This document shows positions 16,175 to 30,134 of a DNA stretch of 64,000 bases, piece by piece (within the stretch, counting starts at the first letter, position 1; each line of letters begins with the position of its first letter). A program made the position numbers and the translations under genes. The DNA is taken from NCBI GenBank assembly GCA_964016885.1, contig OZ024753.1:22630001-22694000 (forward strand), read 5' to 3'. The notes under the pieces were generated by a model, which saw only the letters and a program-made list of their open reading frames with translations, searched no databases and was not told where the DNA came from. This stretch comes from Eledone cirrhosa (taxonomy: Eukaryota).

Positions 16175-17247
16175 AAAACGGGCCGAACAGCACCATCGGA
16201 ACGCCGAATTTCAGAGCGAAGACGTGCCGCCATGAGTGAAGTGGAGCTGGCTGAATAACGCCAACGAAACACTGGAGCCAAGCAGCGACGGCGTGTTGCG
16301 TTGGTTGAAGACGAACTGGCTGAGCATCATCTTTTATATTAATTATCTATATCTATCTATCTATCTATCTTTTACACGACTGTATGTAAAATCCCCGGCA
16401 TGTCTTTGTATTGTCCCCTTTCTTGTTGCGCCCTTGTGGCTAATAAAGAAATCTATCTATCTAAGGCGGTGCTGCACCCCAGCCGTTTCTATGAAAGATG
16501 GGTGAAAGTGGCGAGAATGGCCCGTGTGAATGGGCTTTCACTCTACATCAGACTATAGGTGAGGAAGATGAAAGACCAAGGGAGCACCCCTTCTCTGTGC
16601 TCCTGAGGAGAAGGGTTGCACACTTTTTTCGGGGGTGTGTGCGACCCCCCAAGGCGCCTCCTCTCTATTGAGGATTTTGTTATAAATTTTATTTTTTGTT
16701 ATATCTTATTTTATTTTTATATTTTGTTATTGCCTCCTCCTTATTGAGGACGCCTTTTTGTGTAAACTCCCCCCTTTGTACTTGTCCCACTTTTGATGCC
16801 CTAGTGGCAAATAAAAGAAACATATCTATCTATCTAAGGCGGGTAAAATTCCTGAGTGCAATGTCAACTCTGGACATGCTCATCTATATCTATATCTATA
16901 TCTACATATAATATAAAAGATTGGAACTTTCATCATCCTTTTGAGAAACGTGGAACAACCACGTCTTTGCAATGATACACGTTTTACAGTCAGGCAGAAG
17001 ATGAACCATCTCTTAGAGGTCACTATTCTAGGCGAGAGCACCTAGAATTGTTCATATACTATGCACAAAGAGTACAACGAAGAATCTGGTAAATTTGGAA
17101 GATTTTTTTTACTGTTTTCTGTATCACACAGACACCACAGACTCGCCTCATACTGTAACCAGACAAACATCCAATACAGTCATTTTCTCTTTTACCTGTC
17201 TTCTCTTATCATCTGTTTACCCGGGCGAAACTGGGTACGTCAGCTAG
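16175..17247 (+). mobile_element. Internally deleted Helitron derivative, 5'-truncated and interrupted by LINE tails
   Basis: 16175-16355 matches 23548-23733; 16882-17247 matches 22861-23219; ends in hairpin tacccgg-gcgaaa-ctgggta and CTAG. Confidence 0.75.
16470..16820 (+). mobile_element. 3' end of the Tx1/L1-type LINE found at 56249-59384
   Basis: Almost exact reverse complement of 56249-56600; tatctatctaaggcgg on both sides (candidate TSD). Confidence 0.85.
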
Positions 17248-20200
17248 TATTTATTAATTTCAAGAACGTCAGTATTCCGTGTGTCATAAATCTCGATTAT
17301 CATTGGTTCATAGGTTTCAAACGAATCCGCCCACCTCAACGACACCAAACTGAAATTAATATGCATAATACCAATGAAGGAGTGAGAGGGGGAGTGTGAA
17401 CGCTGTGTTCAATAACTATTAACATGTGTGCGTGTGTATGTACGTGCGCGTATGTTTATGTGTGTGTGCGTGCGTGCAGCGTTCCACAGAAAGTAAAAAC
17501 TATCAACATGTGTGAGTGTGTGCGTGTGCGCGTTTCCATGCGTGTATGTGTGTGGCGTTCCACAATCGCCACGCAGTTTATCTGTCTGTGTGCATGTCTG
17601 TCAGTCTAACATACACAGAGTTGTGAAGGGAGTAAATAGGGACCTTTCTTTACATTGCCGGACATCTTTTATATTTATTATTGTGTAATTTTTTGACAAT
17701 TGCTCGAAATGAATACTGATAAAAGCAATTCGACTTTATCAAACGGTGAACTACAGCAGCGACGGCGTGTTGCGATGGTTGAAGATGAACTGGCTGAGCA
17801 TCATCAGCAGATGGCCAGAATTCAGCAGCAACGGCGTGCTGCGATGGGTGAAGAGGAGCTGGCTGAACAGCGCCAGCGCAATACAGAAGTTCAAAGAATG
17901 TGTCGCCAAAGTGCTCCTCATTCCAGTAAAGAGGCTAGAAGGCGAACGAATGATATTAAAATTGGATCATGGTAACCGTGTCATTTTCAGATTGGTGGAC
18001 GAGCAGAGTGTCCACATTGTGGGGCATTGCTTTGGAGGCAGGAAAAGATGTGCTGTCACAAAGGAGCAGTTCAACTAGCACCCTTGCGAATGCCGGATGA
18101 TGAGGAGTCACCGGAGTTTAAAATACTAAGTATGTGGGGTGATCAAGGAGACCGAGGTAGATTACTGCGCAAATATTCGCGGCAAATTAACAATTCATTA
18201 GCTTTAGCATCGCAGAGAGTTGGTGAGATGTTTGAGAGTGAAGCATGGCAACCGAATGTAGTCATTCAAGGCCGTTTGTATCATTTTATCGGTAATTTAA
18301 AAGTTACCCCAGGACAGAGGCCTCGATTCGCTCAAATTTACGTTAACGATCCAGATTATAGTGAATTGGAGGAGGATATCAGGATCGGTTGGATGAAGTT
18401 GCCGGGAAATATAACTGAACTTGAACGGCAAAGGTTAAGTGATTTGATCCGTGATTTGCAAACATGGCTTTGACAGTGTAATCCTTATGTTATGGATTTC
18501 ATGTTGGTGGCTGAACTGCAAAATGTTCAGCAGCAAACATTGGTGATTAAGGCTGACGCAGTGCCAAGGAATCAACACGAACGGCGATATAATGTCCCTG
18601 AAGGATTTCGTGAAGTTGCTGTGTTGATGGACGATAAGCCTGGATCGAGAGATATCGTCCTCAATCGCAGAGACGGTGGTCTCAAGACTATCAATGAGTC
18701 AAATAGGGCATACGATCCATTGCATTATGTTCTTTTATTTCCAAAAGGTGAAAATGGATGGAACATGTCTGTTCATTTAGATGATCATGAGAATCAGCAT
18801 CAACAGAAAGGCGGTAATAGACACAATAATTAGATTCGCGACTTTTACGCGTTCCATTTGAACGAGAGCATTCAACAGAGAAATGCACTATTTCAAGCCA
18901 GCAGATTGTTCTAGGAATACTGTTGTATGGCATTCGCAAAGATCGAATATCAAAGGCTAAATTATATAGCTACACATCAGCAATATATCAGAGCTGAATT
19001 GTATAACAATATACAGGATGCGATAACAGCCGATGATGCCAATTACAAGCAAATTGGTCGACGCATCATTTTGCCATCGTCGTTCATCGGCGGACCGATA
19101 TATATGAACATTCGCTATCAGGATGCAATGGCTATTGTCAGAAAGTTTGGAAAGCCAGATTTGTTTATAACAGTTACATGCAATCCTAAATGGACTGATA
19201 TTAAGGATGCACTTTTGCTAGGACAACAGCCAAAGGACCGTCCTGATATTGTGGCAAGAGTATTCAAAGAATATCTGAAAAAGATAATGGATGATGTGGA
19301 AAAAGAGGGAATCTTTGGAGGTATAGTGGCTTTTACATACGTAATTGAATTCCAAAAAAAGAGGATTCCTACATGCACATTTGCTGATCATTTTACATAG
19401 AGATTGAAAATTGAGATGTGCTGAGGATGTCGACAGCATTGTGTGTGCTGAAAGGCCGGAGAATGAGGCACTACGCAACTGGGTGGCAAAGTCAATGGTG
19501 CATAACCAATGCGGAGTGGCAAATCGGAAAGTACCTTGCATGAAAAATGGTCAATGCAGTAAGCACTTTCCGAAATCTTTTGTCACGAACACATCCTGGA
19601 GCGATGGGGATGCTCATCCCTCATACAGAAGACGGTGGCTTGCCGATGGCGGTTTGGTCTAAAATGTGAATGGTTGACAGATTACAAATCAATGGGTTGT
19701 GCCATACAATCCAGATTTGATTATGAAATATCGTTGTCATATTAATGTGGAAATTTGTAGCTCAGTGAAAGGTTGCAAATATCTATTCAAATATGTTTTC
19801 GAAGGTCATGATCTGGCAATGATCAATGTCAGAAATGAGGAAGCGAACCAAGGAGATGAAGGTGGCAGGTTCCAGGATGTTCGCTCGATTGGATCTAGCG
19901 AAGCTTGCTGGAGATTGTTCGATTTTGATCTCAATGAACGCAAACCCAGCGTTCAGAAGCTAACGGTTCACTGAGAGAACAGGCAAATGGTCTGTTTTCG
20001 GGACACTAGAAGAGGTGTCGAAAGAATTGCTAACGCACCACCTCCTAAGACGGAATTGACTGAGTGGTTCAAGCATAATAGGGAACATGCTTTGAACCCG
20101 GATCAAAGGCGACTCTACTGCGATTTCCCTTCGCACTATACATGGGATAAGAAGGGAAAAAATGGAATGATAGAAAACAAAAGTTGAGATTCATGACTAT

Positions 20201-23200
20201 TGTCCATCCAGCATCTGGTGATGTGTTTTATCTCCGAATTCTGTTGCGTAGTGATTTTTCGAGAGGTAAACAGAGCTTCGCTGATTTGAAAACAATCAAT
20301 GGCGTGGAATATGAAACATACCAGGCTGTGTGTCAGCATCTGGGATTCCTTCAGGATTACGCTGAATGGAATAACGCCATGGAAGCTGCAGGAACAACAC
20401 AGATGCCAGCTCAAATAAGGCAGTTGTTTGTCACGATTCTAGGATTCTGCAACCTGCCGATCCAAGAGAGTTATTTGAACGCCATTGGGGAATTATGGCT
20501 GATAATTTTAGGCATCATCTTTAGGTCGATGATGAAAATTTGATGAAAGCTATTGTTTTGCTCAATATTGAGCAAGTGCTTGAAGTTCATTTCAAATGTT
20601 TAACAGATTTCAATTTGCCAATTCCTGATGAAGAAATGCGGCAACGTGTCTTAGCATTGAACATGAGATTGCAGCTTAGACAGTTGCCACTCGATCGAAG
20701 GGAACTATTTCAGTTTGATCCACTGGAACAGCAACGTATTGTGGATGAATATATGCCAATGTTGACCCAATCTCAGAGAGAATTGGTCGATGGCGTTCTC
20801 CACTCGATTTCCACTAATGAGCAACTTTGTGCTTTCATAGATGCTCCAGGAGGCACCGGAAAGACATTCTGTTTCAACACTATGTTTTCGGCAGTCAGAG
20901 CTCAGAGGAAGATTGCTCTCCCTGTGGCTACTAGTGGGATCGCTGCCACTTTGCTGAGTCGTGGAAGGACCTTCCACTCATGCTTCAAGGCTCCATTGGC
21001 TCCGGATGAGTTGAGTGTCTGTAACATTACAGGACAAAGTGAACTCGCGGGCCTTATACGCAATACGTCTCTGGTTATTTGGGACGAGGCTCCAATGGCA
21101 CACAGATATTTGCTGGAGGCATTGGACAGAACTTTGAGAGATATCTGCGGTAGTGACCTGCCACTCGGTGGTAAGACTATCGTTCTTGGTGGCGATTTCA
21201 GACAGGTGCTACCAATTGTTAGGAATGCTCAAAGATCGCAAATTGTCGATGCATTTCTGAAAAAGTCCCCGTTGTGGCGCCATTTCAGAGTTTTGCGATT
21301 ACGCGACTTCGTATGTTCCGGCAAAACGAAGAGGCTGAGACATAAGGCCGATGGTTGATGTAGTTGGGAAACGATGAATTACCACACGTTGGTGATAATC
21401 AGACTGTAAGAATCCCAGACCATTTGGTCATGCCACTGGACCACCAAGCATTGATTGACTGGGTGTTCCCTAATGTGAATGCTTTTGGGCAGAATATCTC
21501 CTGGAAATCGGAACGCATTATTCTAACTCATACGAATGCAACGGTCGATGAAATAAAATCACAAGTAGCCGGAATGTTTCCTGAGAAGGAATGGTTGACC
21601 GTCAGTGCGGATGCAATGGAGCCTAATCAGCAGAACAATATGGATGTTCCGACTGAGTATCTGAATTCACTTCAAATACCCGGATTTCCCCCACATATTT
21701 TGAGGTTGAAAAATGGTATGCCGATTATATTGCTTAGAAATAGCAATCATAATATGGGTCTTTGCAATGGTACCAGATTGATTGTTGAGAGATTGATTAA
21801 CGGAAGAGTTTTAGAAGCTAAACTCCCAGGCAGAGAGGAATCGGTTCTCATTCCGAGGATCATGATGAGACCAAGTGAAGATCTGCTGCCATTCATTTGG
21901 CAAAGGAGACAGTTTCCAGTCAATTTGGCCTTCTCCATGACTGTCAACAAGGCACAGGGACAGACTTTCAAGCGAGTCGGTGTCTACTTGAATGATCCAG
22001 CATTCAGCCATGGGCAACTGTATGTTGCTGCATCTCGAGTGTGCGATCCTGATGGTATAAAATTTGCAATTGATACCACTAACAGAGGAACAACCCTGAA
22101 TATTGTCTATAATGAAGCTTTAATGCTATCAATAAGCGACGTAAATGATTCGGACATTGGTGTCCTTTGATCAGTATTGTGAGCTTTGACAGAGTTATCA
22201 TTTATGTTCAATGTCATTTAATGTCGTTATGAGCAATAAAAACAAACAAGTATTGGTAAAAATTGCTTTCACTGCTACGTTGCGCAATAAATACCAACAA
22301 GTATTGGTAGAAATTGCCTTCACTGATATGAATATTCGACGTAAATGATTCAGACATTGGTGTCCTTTGATCAGTATTGTGAGCTTTGACAGAGTTATCA
22401 TTTCTGATAACTTAATGAGCAATAAACTTAATGAGCAATAAAAACCAACAAGTATTGGTAGAAATTGCCTTCAAATTTATCGCTTCTGATAGCGGTGGTA
22501 ATAAAACCTCATTATATGCTGAGTCTGGCAAAAAGTTTGGTGACTATGGCCGGCCTGGGCTAGAGTAATATTGAAAAACGATTCTATTTTCGAAGTAGAG
22601 GGATCCGCCATTTGGAGTTCAAACCAGGCCACCTCCCCGAGTTGAACTCTGGGCAATATTGAATGTCTATTACTCAGTGGCTAAGAGCCTGGACATTACT
22701 GAATACATTTTTGTGTCATATAATTTGTTGTTTTATTATTATAGCTGACCACTTCTAGATAAGCATGTTATCCATATCCATATTAATTTAGCATTTGTAT
22801 AAACCATTTCAAGTAAATAGGGACCTTTTTTACATTGACGGACATCTTTTATATTAATTATCTATATCTATATCTATATATAATATAAAAGATTGGAACT
22901 TCCATCATCCTTTTGAGAAACGTGGAACAACCACGTCTATGCGATGATTCACATTTTACAGTCAGGCAGAAGATGAACCATCTCCTAGAGGTCATTATTC
23001 TAGGTGGGAGCACCTAGAATTGTTCATATACTATGCACAAACGGTACAACGAAGAATCTGGTATATCTGGAAGATTTTTTTTACTGTTTTTGGTATCACA
23101 CAGACACCACGGACTCGGCTCATACTGTAACCAGACAAACATCCAATACAGTCATTTTCTCTTTTACCTGTCTTCTCTTATCATCTGTTTACCCGGGCGA

Positions 23201-23219
23201 AGCTGGGTACGTCAGCTAG
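17248..23219 (+). mobile_element. Full-length but decayed autonomous Helitron
   Basis: RepHel coding region; 3' hairpin tacccgggcgaagctgggta and CTAG at 23216-23219; 5' region duplicated at 23220 where it begins with TC. Confidence 0.88.
17700..22170 (+). pseudogene. Helitron RepHel (HUH Rep plus PIF1-like SF1 helicase) broken by stops and frameshifts
   Basis: YDPLHYVLLFPKG, ILPSSFIGGP, PDLFITVTCNPKW, VIEFQK, KYLFKY; DAPGGTGKTF, WDEAPM, GDFRQVLP, GLCNGTRL, TVNKAQGQT, FSHGQLYVAASRV across about 10 ORF pieces. Confidence 0.95.
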
Positions 23220-24077
23220 TCTATCTATATATTAATTTCAACAATGTCAGTATTCCGTGTGTCATAATTCTAGATTATCATTGGTTCATAGGTTTCAAAC
23301 GTCTCCGCCCACCTCAACGACGCCAAACTGGAATTAATATGCATAATACCAATGAAGGAGTGAGAGGGGAGAGTAAAAAACAGAGAGGCAAAGTGAACGC
23401 TGTAACTATTACCATGTGTGCGTGTGTATGTACGTGCGCGTATGTTTATGTGTGTGTGCGTGCGTGCAGCCTTCCACAGAAAGTAAAAGCAATTCGACTT
23501 TATCAAACAGTGAACTACAGCGGCGTCGGCGTGCAGCCAGGAATGAAGAAAAACGGGCCGAACAGCGCCATCGGAACGCCGAACTTAAGAGGCGAAGACG
23601 TGCCGCCATGAATAAAGAGGAGCTGGGGCTGAACAACGCCAACGAAACACTGGTGCCAAGCAGCGACGGCGTGCTGCGATGGTTGAAGACGAACTGGCTG
23701 AGCATCATCTTTTATATTAATTATCTATATCTACATATAATATAAAAGATTGGAACTTCCATCATCCTTTTGAGAAAAGTGGAACAACCACGTCTATGCA
23801 ATGATACACAATTTACAGTCAGGCAGAAGACGAATCTTCTCCTAGAGGTCACTCTTCTAGGTGACAGCACCTAGAATTGTTCATATACTATGCGCAAACG
23901 GTACAACGAAGAATCTGGTATATCTGGAAAATTTTTTTACTGTTTTTTTTGTATCACACAGACATCACGAACTCGCCTCACACTGTAACCAGACAAACAT
24001 GCAATACAGTCATTTTCTCTTTTACCTGTCTTCTCTTATCATCTGTTTACCCAGGCGAAGCTGGGTACGTCAGCTAG
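23220..24077 (+). mobile_element. Internally deleted non-autonomous Helitron in tandem with the full-length copy
   Basis: Starts TC directly after the CTAG at 23219; 5' part matches 17250-17803, 3' part matches 22843-23219; ends hairpin plus CTAG|T. Confidence 0.85.
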
Positions 24078-24109
<32 letters not shown>

Positions 24110-24206
24110 GCGTCCGAAACGTTAAGACACTTTTCCTATTATATCAAGCGTAAAACTAATAGAACATTCTTCATTGTACTTTGCTTTAGTATTCATGTCT
24201 GCCATT

Positions 24207-24245
<39 letters not shown>

Positions 24246-24763
24246 TCTGTGTGTGGGTGTTTGTGTGAATGTATTTGTGAGGAAGTGATATTGGATTAAG
24301 TTAGTCATTTCAGTATTCCAACATTCGGTATACCCAGACAATTCTCTAAGAATATGAATAATTACATCTCTTGTAATATCACGAAGTATGCGTGGGCAGT
24401 TTGTAGATACTGTTGCTTTGAAATATATATATATGAGGCCGTCCAGAAAATTAAGGGCATGAATTGAAAGCAAATGCATTCATGCAAGCTAAACATGTGA
24501 TTTAAGGGGATTGAATTTGCGTCATAAATGAGCGATGAGATTATCAGCACGGGAAGGAATATTTAATAAATATCCGTGTGTTCGTTTATAAGAGTATACT
24601 CACGCACGCGCAGATCAATACACATAGTATAGGAAACTGTTCAAAAGTGAGAACAGGCATGGGTAGAAACAACCACACACTGATGTCACAATATGTATGT
24701 ATATATGTATATATATATGTGTGTGTGTTTGTGTGTATCCATGTGTGTATACACATACATTTT

Positions 24764-24841
<78 letters not shown>

Positions 24842-24933
24842 ATATATATATTTCCTGAAATATATCAAGCAAATATATACCTTCCACATACTGTTCCGAT
24901 TGTGTTGCTATTTCTGTTTACATTTTACATACA

Positions 24934-25057
<124 letters not shown>

Positions 25058-25317
25058 CGTATGTACGTATACATACAAACATACTTACATTTAAGTAAGT
25101 GCCGTACTAAGAGTGAGAAATTAAATTTTGTTTCATTCTATTCCATTTATATATATATATATATATACATGCATATATATATACACGTATGTATGTAAAA
25201 ATATAAATTATATATATAATTTATTTATACATTTATATATAATTTATACATCTATATATATAAATATATAATATATATATAATTTATATATTTATATATA
25301 TAAAAATGTATGAGTAT

Positions 25318-25510
25318 ACAGTTTGGCAGTATCGGTAGAGGGTCGGGCGCCATGCTTTGACGCATAGAGTTACGGCCCTTGCCATTCTGAGTTCAAATCC
25401 CAAATCCCGCCGAGGTTAACTTTGCCTTTCATCCTTACGGGGTCGATAAAATAGAGTACCAGTAATGCACTGGTATTTGCTAGCCTTGTGCCCAAAGTAG
25501 AAACAATTAT
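25318..25510 (+). mobile_element. tRNA-derived SINE
   Basis: A-box-like tggcagtatcgg, B-box-like gagttcaaatc; second copy at 10999-11105. Confidence 0.7.
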
Positions 25511-25896
25511 ATATGTATATGTAATTTATATTTTATATACATACATGTATATATATATACATATATATACATATATATACATATATATATATATATTTAT
25601 ATATATATATATGTATATGTTTATAATATATATATGTATATATATACATGTTTATATATATATATGTTTATATATATATATATGTATATATATGTTTATA
25701 TATATATGTTTATATATATATATATGTTTATATATATATATATATATCTTTATATATATATGTTTATATATATATATGTTTATATATATATGTTTATATA
25801 TATATATGTTTATGTATATATATATATGTTTATATATATATATGTGTGTTTATATATATATGTTTATATATACGTATGTATATATATATGTTTATA

Positions 25897-25986
<90 letters not shown>

Positions 25987-26360
25987 TATATATAAACATA
26001 TATATATATTTAAACATATATATACATATACGATATATTAACAAATGGAAACTATATTTATAAAACCATATTAATTTCATTATACATATATATATATGTT
26101 TATATATATATATATATGTTTATATAAATATATGTTTATATATTTATATATATGTTTATATATATATATGTTTATATATATATATATATATGTTTATATA
26201 TATATATGTTTATATATAAGGGTTAAAATACTGGAGCGTGTTGGAGTTAAACACCTTCTTCGTATTATAGAAATGACAGTAAAAGGTGTAGCTCAATGTA
26301 ATTAAACAGAGCCGAAGAATTATGAAAGTAAAACAAAGAAGCCTTCAATACATCAAAAGT

Positions 26361-26412
26361 CTTTATTAGCCAACAATGTTTCGTCCTATTAATGACTCAT
26401 CAGGGCAATTAA
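26361..26412 (-). ncRNA. Type I hammerhead in inverted pLTR
   Basis: Reverse complement of 29960-30011 with one stem II mismatch. Confidence 0.8.
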
Positions 26413-26515
26413 AACAACAAGAAGTATTATCGGCCAATACAAGCCGGAAACTATTATTAAATTTGAGGACACATTTTGGACCCGTAAAAACACGCCCAAT
26501 AATTTCGACGTTACA

Positions 26516-28219
26516 ATGGGTTCGAGTGATTCGGCCCAGGTTACTGACCTTGTTGGGTTGTTCCTCCTTAATGAACTATATGCTACCTTCCCGCACCTTA
26601 TAGGCGGACTATATCGTGATGATGCATTGTTTGTAATTAACTCTAGCACCAACAATGTCGAGCATAATAAGAAGCTTTATAAGTTTTTAAAAAGCTATAA
26701 CCTTTCAATCACGATAGATAGAAATGATAGAGCGGTTAACTTTTTAGATGTGACTTTGGACTTGGTCACTAATAGTTTTAAGCCCTTCCATAAGCCTAAT
26801 GAAATACTTTCTTATGTTAGTCCCAATTCTAACCACCCCAAATCCATGATAAGCTCTATAATTAAGGGTGTATCTAATAGGATTTGCACACTCTCTAAGG
26901 ACGTAGGAACATTTAATGAACATGCGGAGTACTATAATAATGCCCTAGCAAATTCCGGTTACTCTAGTAAAATACATTATAATAATAGTAACCTTAGAAA
27001 GTCTCCGCTTACTTTTAATAATAATAACATAATATCACATAACATGGCCATGAATGGGAGTAAGAAGCATAATAACCGTAAAAATTACATAGGTGGATCT
27101 GAATCCATCCATAAGTTAACCCACGGGACTCGTAATAGTGAATATAATACCTCTAGGAAACAAGTCGAACCCTCTGAGCGCTCACTCATTGCTGATAATT
27201 TTGCTAAATCTTATTCTAATAATGTTGCTTCTACTGATCCTATTATTGGCCCTAATCCTTTTGATGGGATTCCAGACAGCAGCAGATCTACTGGAGGTAG
27301 AAACAGTAATAGACCTAATGGAATTTTGGCTGATTCTAATAAAGCGGTTTTAACTAATCCTTGTAGTAACCCTAGTCTTGATGGTGGGATATTAGATAAT
27401 GGTAGAGTCGGTAAGAATAAAAATAGAAGGAGATTAAATACTTATTTTAACCCGCCATATAATCAGGAAGTATTAACTAATATCCCTAGGTCTTTCTTTT
27501 CTATCTTAGAGAAAAATTTCCCCCCTTCTCATAAATACCATAGTATTTTTAATAAAAATGTTATTAAACTTTCATTCTCTACCACCCCTAATATTAGTTC
27601 TCATTTAGCTAGCACTAACAATAGGAAAATTAGGGACGGATTCTCCTCTCTACATACTACTAGTCTGAACAGATCTGGAAATGCATTACCACCAGAACAG
27701 ACCTTATCTAATAGCAATCCTACGTGTAATGCATCACCACTTGAGCCAACCAATAACACCCGGAAGTGTAACTGTAGAGTGAGTGCTAACTGCCCTTTAA
27801 ACGGTAACTGCCTCTCTAAGAACATTGTCTATGCTTGCGTAGTTATAACTAATTCCTCTAATAGAACTTATATAGGCTCTACATCTAACACTTTTAAGAC
27901 TAGGTTTAATTCTCATATCTCTAATTTCAAACATGTTAAGTTTAAGAATTCTACTTCTTTAGCACATTATATCTGGGATCTTAAGGGGGCTAATATACAA
28001 TATAGCCTTAACTGGCGTTTAGTAGCACGCTCTAATAACCTTTCTACACATACTAAATTTTGTAATCTCTGTATCCTCGAGACACACTCTATAATTTTCT
28101 CTAGCGAATCCTTACTTAATAGAAAGTCTGAGATATTCTCTTCTTGCCCCCACGCTATTTCTAATTCTTGCTTTTATTATAAACCTAAAGGTTCTAGTAG
28201 TACAAATTGTATCCATTAG
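26516..28219 (+). CDS. PLE RT C-half, low-complexity linker and GIY-YIG endonuclease (uninterrupted but 5'-truncated; frame open from ~26450)
   Basis: GLYRDDA, NFLDVTLDL, SNHP, YFNPPY, CNCRVSANCPLNGNC, NIVYAC...YIGST, FKTRFNSH, CNLCILE, LNRKSE..SCPH. Confidence 0.9.
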   Translation: MGSSDSAQVTDLVGLFLLNELYATFPHLIGGLYRDDALFVINSSTNNVEHNKKLYKFLKSYNLSITIDRNDRAVNFLDVTLDLVTNSFKPFHKPNEILSYVSPNSNHPKSMISSIIKGVSNRICTLSKDVGTFNEHAEYYNNALANSGYSSKIHYNNSNLRKSPLTFNNNNIISHNMAMNGSKKHNNRKNYIGGSESIHKLTHGTRNSEYNTSRKQVEPSERSLIADNFAKSYSNNVASTDPIIGPNPFDGIPDSSRSTGGRNSNRPNGILADSNKAVLTNPCSNPSLDGGILDNGRVGKNKNRRRLNTYFNPPYNQEVLTNIPRSFFSILEKNFPPSHKYHSIFNKNVIKLSFSTTPNISSHLASTNNRKIRDGFSSLHTTSLNRSGNALPPEQTLSNSNPTCNASPLEPTNNTRKCNCRVSANCPLNGNCLSKNIVYACVVITNSSNRTYIGSTSNTFKTRFNSHISNFKHVKFKNSTSLAHYIWDLKGANIQYSLNWRLVARSNNLSTHTKFCNLCILETHSIIFSSESLLNRKSEIFSSCPHAISNSCFYYKPKGSSSTNCIH

Positions 28220-29959
28220 CTGATATATTCCATTACTTATTTTTTAGTTTAGGTTCTTTTTGTTTACCACCATTATTATCATCATTATTATCATTGGTTT
28301 TTGACAACTCTTTATTCTAGCTCTCATAATCTTTTGGCTACTATACCATATCTATCTTCTTACGCATTAAATTTTCACTATTAACACCTTATGAGTATAT
28401 ATCTGATTATATATTTTACATTATTTTATTTTATTTCATTTTATTTTATTTTATTTTATTTTATTTTTATTTTTATTTGGATTCTTCTTCGGGTAACCCC
28501 CCTACCCCCATGCGCACATAAACTTATTGTCAACCCCTCCAAATAGATTATGATTATATTTAATCCCCCCTCTCTTTTACGCTCCTTTCTATTATTTAAT
28601 ATAGTATATTGACTATGATTGTATGCCCCTTTGTATCCTCCATATATTTCTTTATTTCTGTCCCTATTAGCCTACCTTAATTCTGCTTAAGTCAGTTTTT
28701 TAGATATCGTTATGTATATGATAGTAGAAAATTTCATTCCTTTTTGTAAATATTTGTAACGAAATATTAACGTTTATAAACTTTGATTACTTAAACCATA
28801 GCTAATATTATATTGCCTTATTGGATATTTTAAATATTTTAAATATTAATTTATCAAATAGGGTTTTCGAGTCATTTACCGGGGTTATTTCCTAAGTTTT
28901 TACTTAACTGCATGTGAGACCTAAATGTATACTTTTGTTTTTGTTTTTTAATTTCCGGTTGATTCTATTTATTTATTTTATTTTATATTTTATTTGTAAT
29001 ACTACTGTGCATTATATTTACTGTCTGGCCCTTACTCACTCATCCACATATATGTCTGTTTACCAACCTTGTAATTATAAGTAATTATATATTATATTAT
29101 GTTAATTAGTTTATATTATATTGTATTTGTTATTGTAATATCGATCCTTATCACTTACCGTTGATTATATGTAACATTGTGATATGTTAAACTTTATATA
29201 TCATGTAAGATGTTTATATTTTTGTACCATCATAATTTTGGGTATTGTACAATTTATCTTTCCTCACCTACTCTGTAACTCTATATGAATTGATTTGTTA
29301 ACTTGAATGCCATTATATATTGTATATTATATATGTTATTATATTATTATTATAGTATTATTGTGACACCTATATTGTTTGTGTAAATTAACCGGAGATT
29401 ATCTATTCTATTATATTATATTATATAGTATATAATTGTATAGTTTATTATATATTATATGTGCTACTTATAATAATATCATATTATTACCTCATGTATA
29501 TTGGGTATATGTATTATTATTATTATTATTATTTTTATTCCTATCATGCTTATTTATATTTAAACTCTTAATAAGGTTTAATTTGTGCTGTTGAAGATGA
29601 TATGTGTATTGATGTATGTGTATGTGTGCGTACGTGTGCGTACATATATACATATGTATATTGTACCTTTTGATTTTTATTGTAATTTTAATATTGGTGA
29701 AGGTATATTATATTATATTATATTGTATTATATATAATTCTGGCTCTATATAACCACCTTTGTTTAGCTCTAGGGGTTTTTTTTTTGGCTTTAGACTATA
29801 TTTGTAATATGGTTCTAAATGTTATACACCTCCTTAGTGATTTTTATGATATATTTTTATTATATATTTTTACCCATAATCTTGCAATACTTTAGTGTAT
29901 GTACACTCCATATTCTTCGGAGTTTCCGGCTTGTATTGGCCGATAATACTTCTTGTTGT

Positions 29960-30011
29960 TTTAATTGCCCTGATGAGTCCTTAATAGGACGAAACATTGT
30001 TGGCTAATAAA
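29960..30011 (+). ncRNA. Type I hammerhead with canonical core
   Basis: gcc CTGATGA gtcc ttaata ggac GAAA cattg TT ggc; G10.1-C11.1 pair; GUU site. Confidence 0.88.
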
Positions 30012-30134
30012 GACTTTTGATGTATTGAAGGCTTCTTTGTTTTACTTTCATAATATGTTTATATATATATATATGTTTATATATATATATTTATATATAT
30101 ATATGTTTATATATATATATATATGTTTATATAC

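Larger units (their letters stand above)
26217..30052 (+). mobile_element. 5'-truncated Penelope-like element with inverted upstream pLTR
   Basis: 26322-26449 is the reverse complement of ~29921-30052; RT-EN ORF between; HHR in both pLTR copies; (TA)n flanks. Confidence 0.92.
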
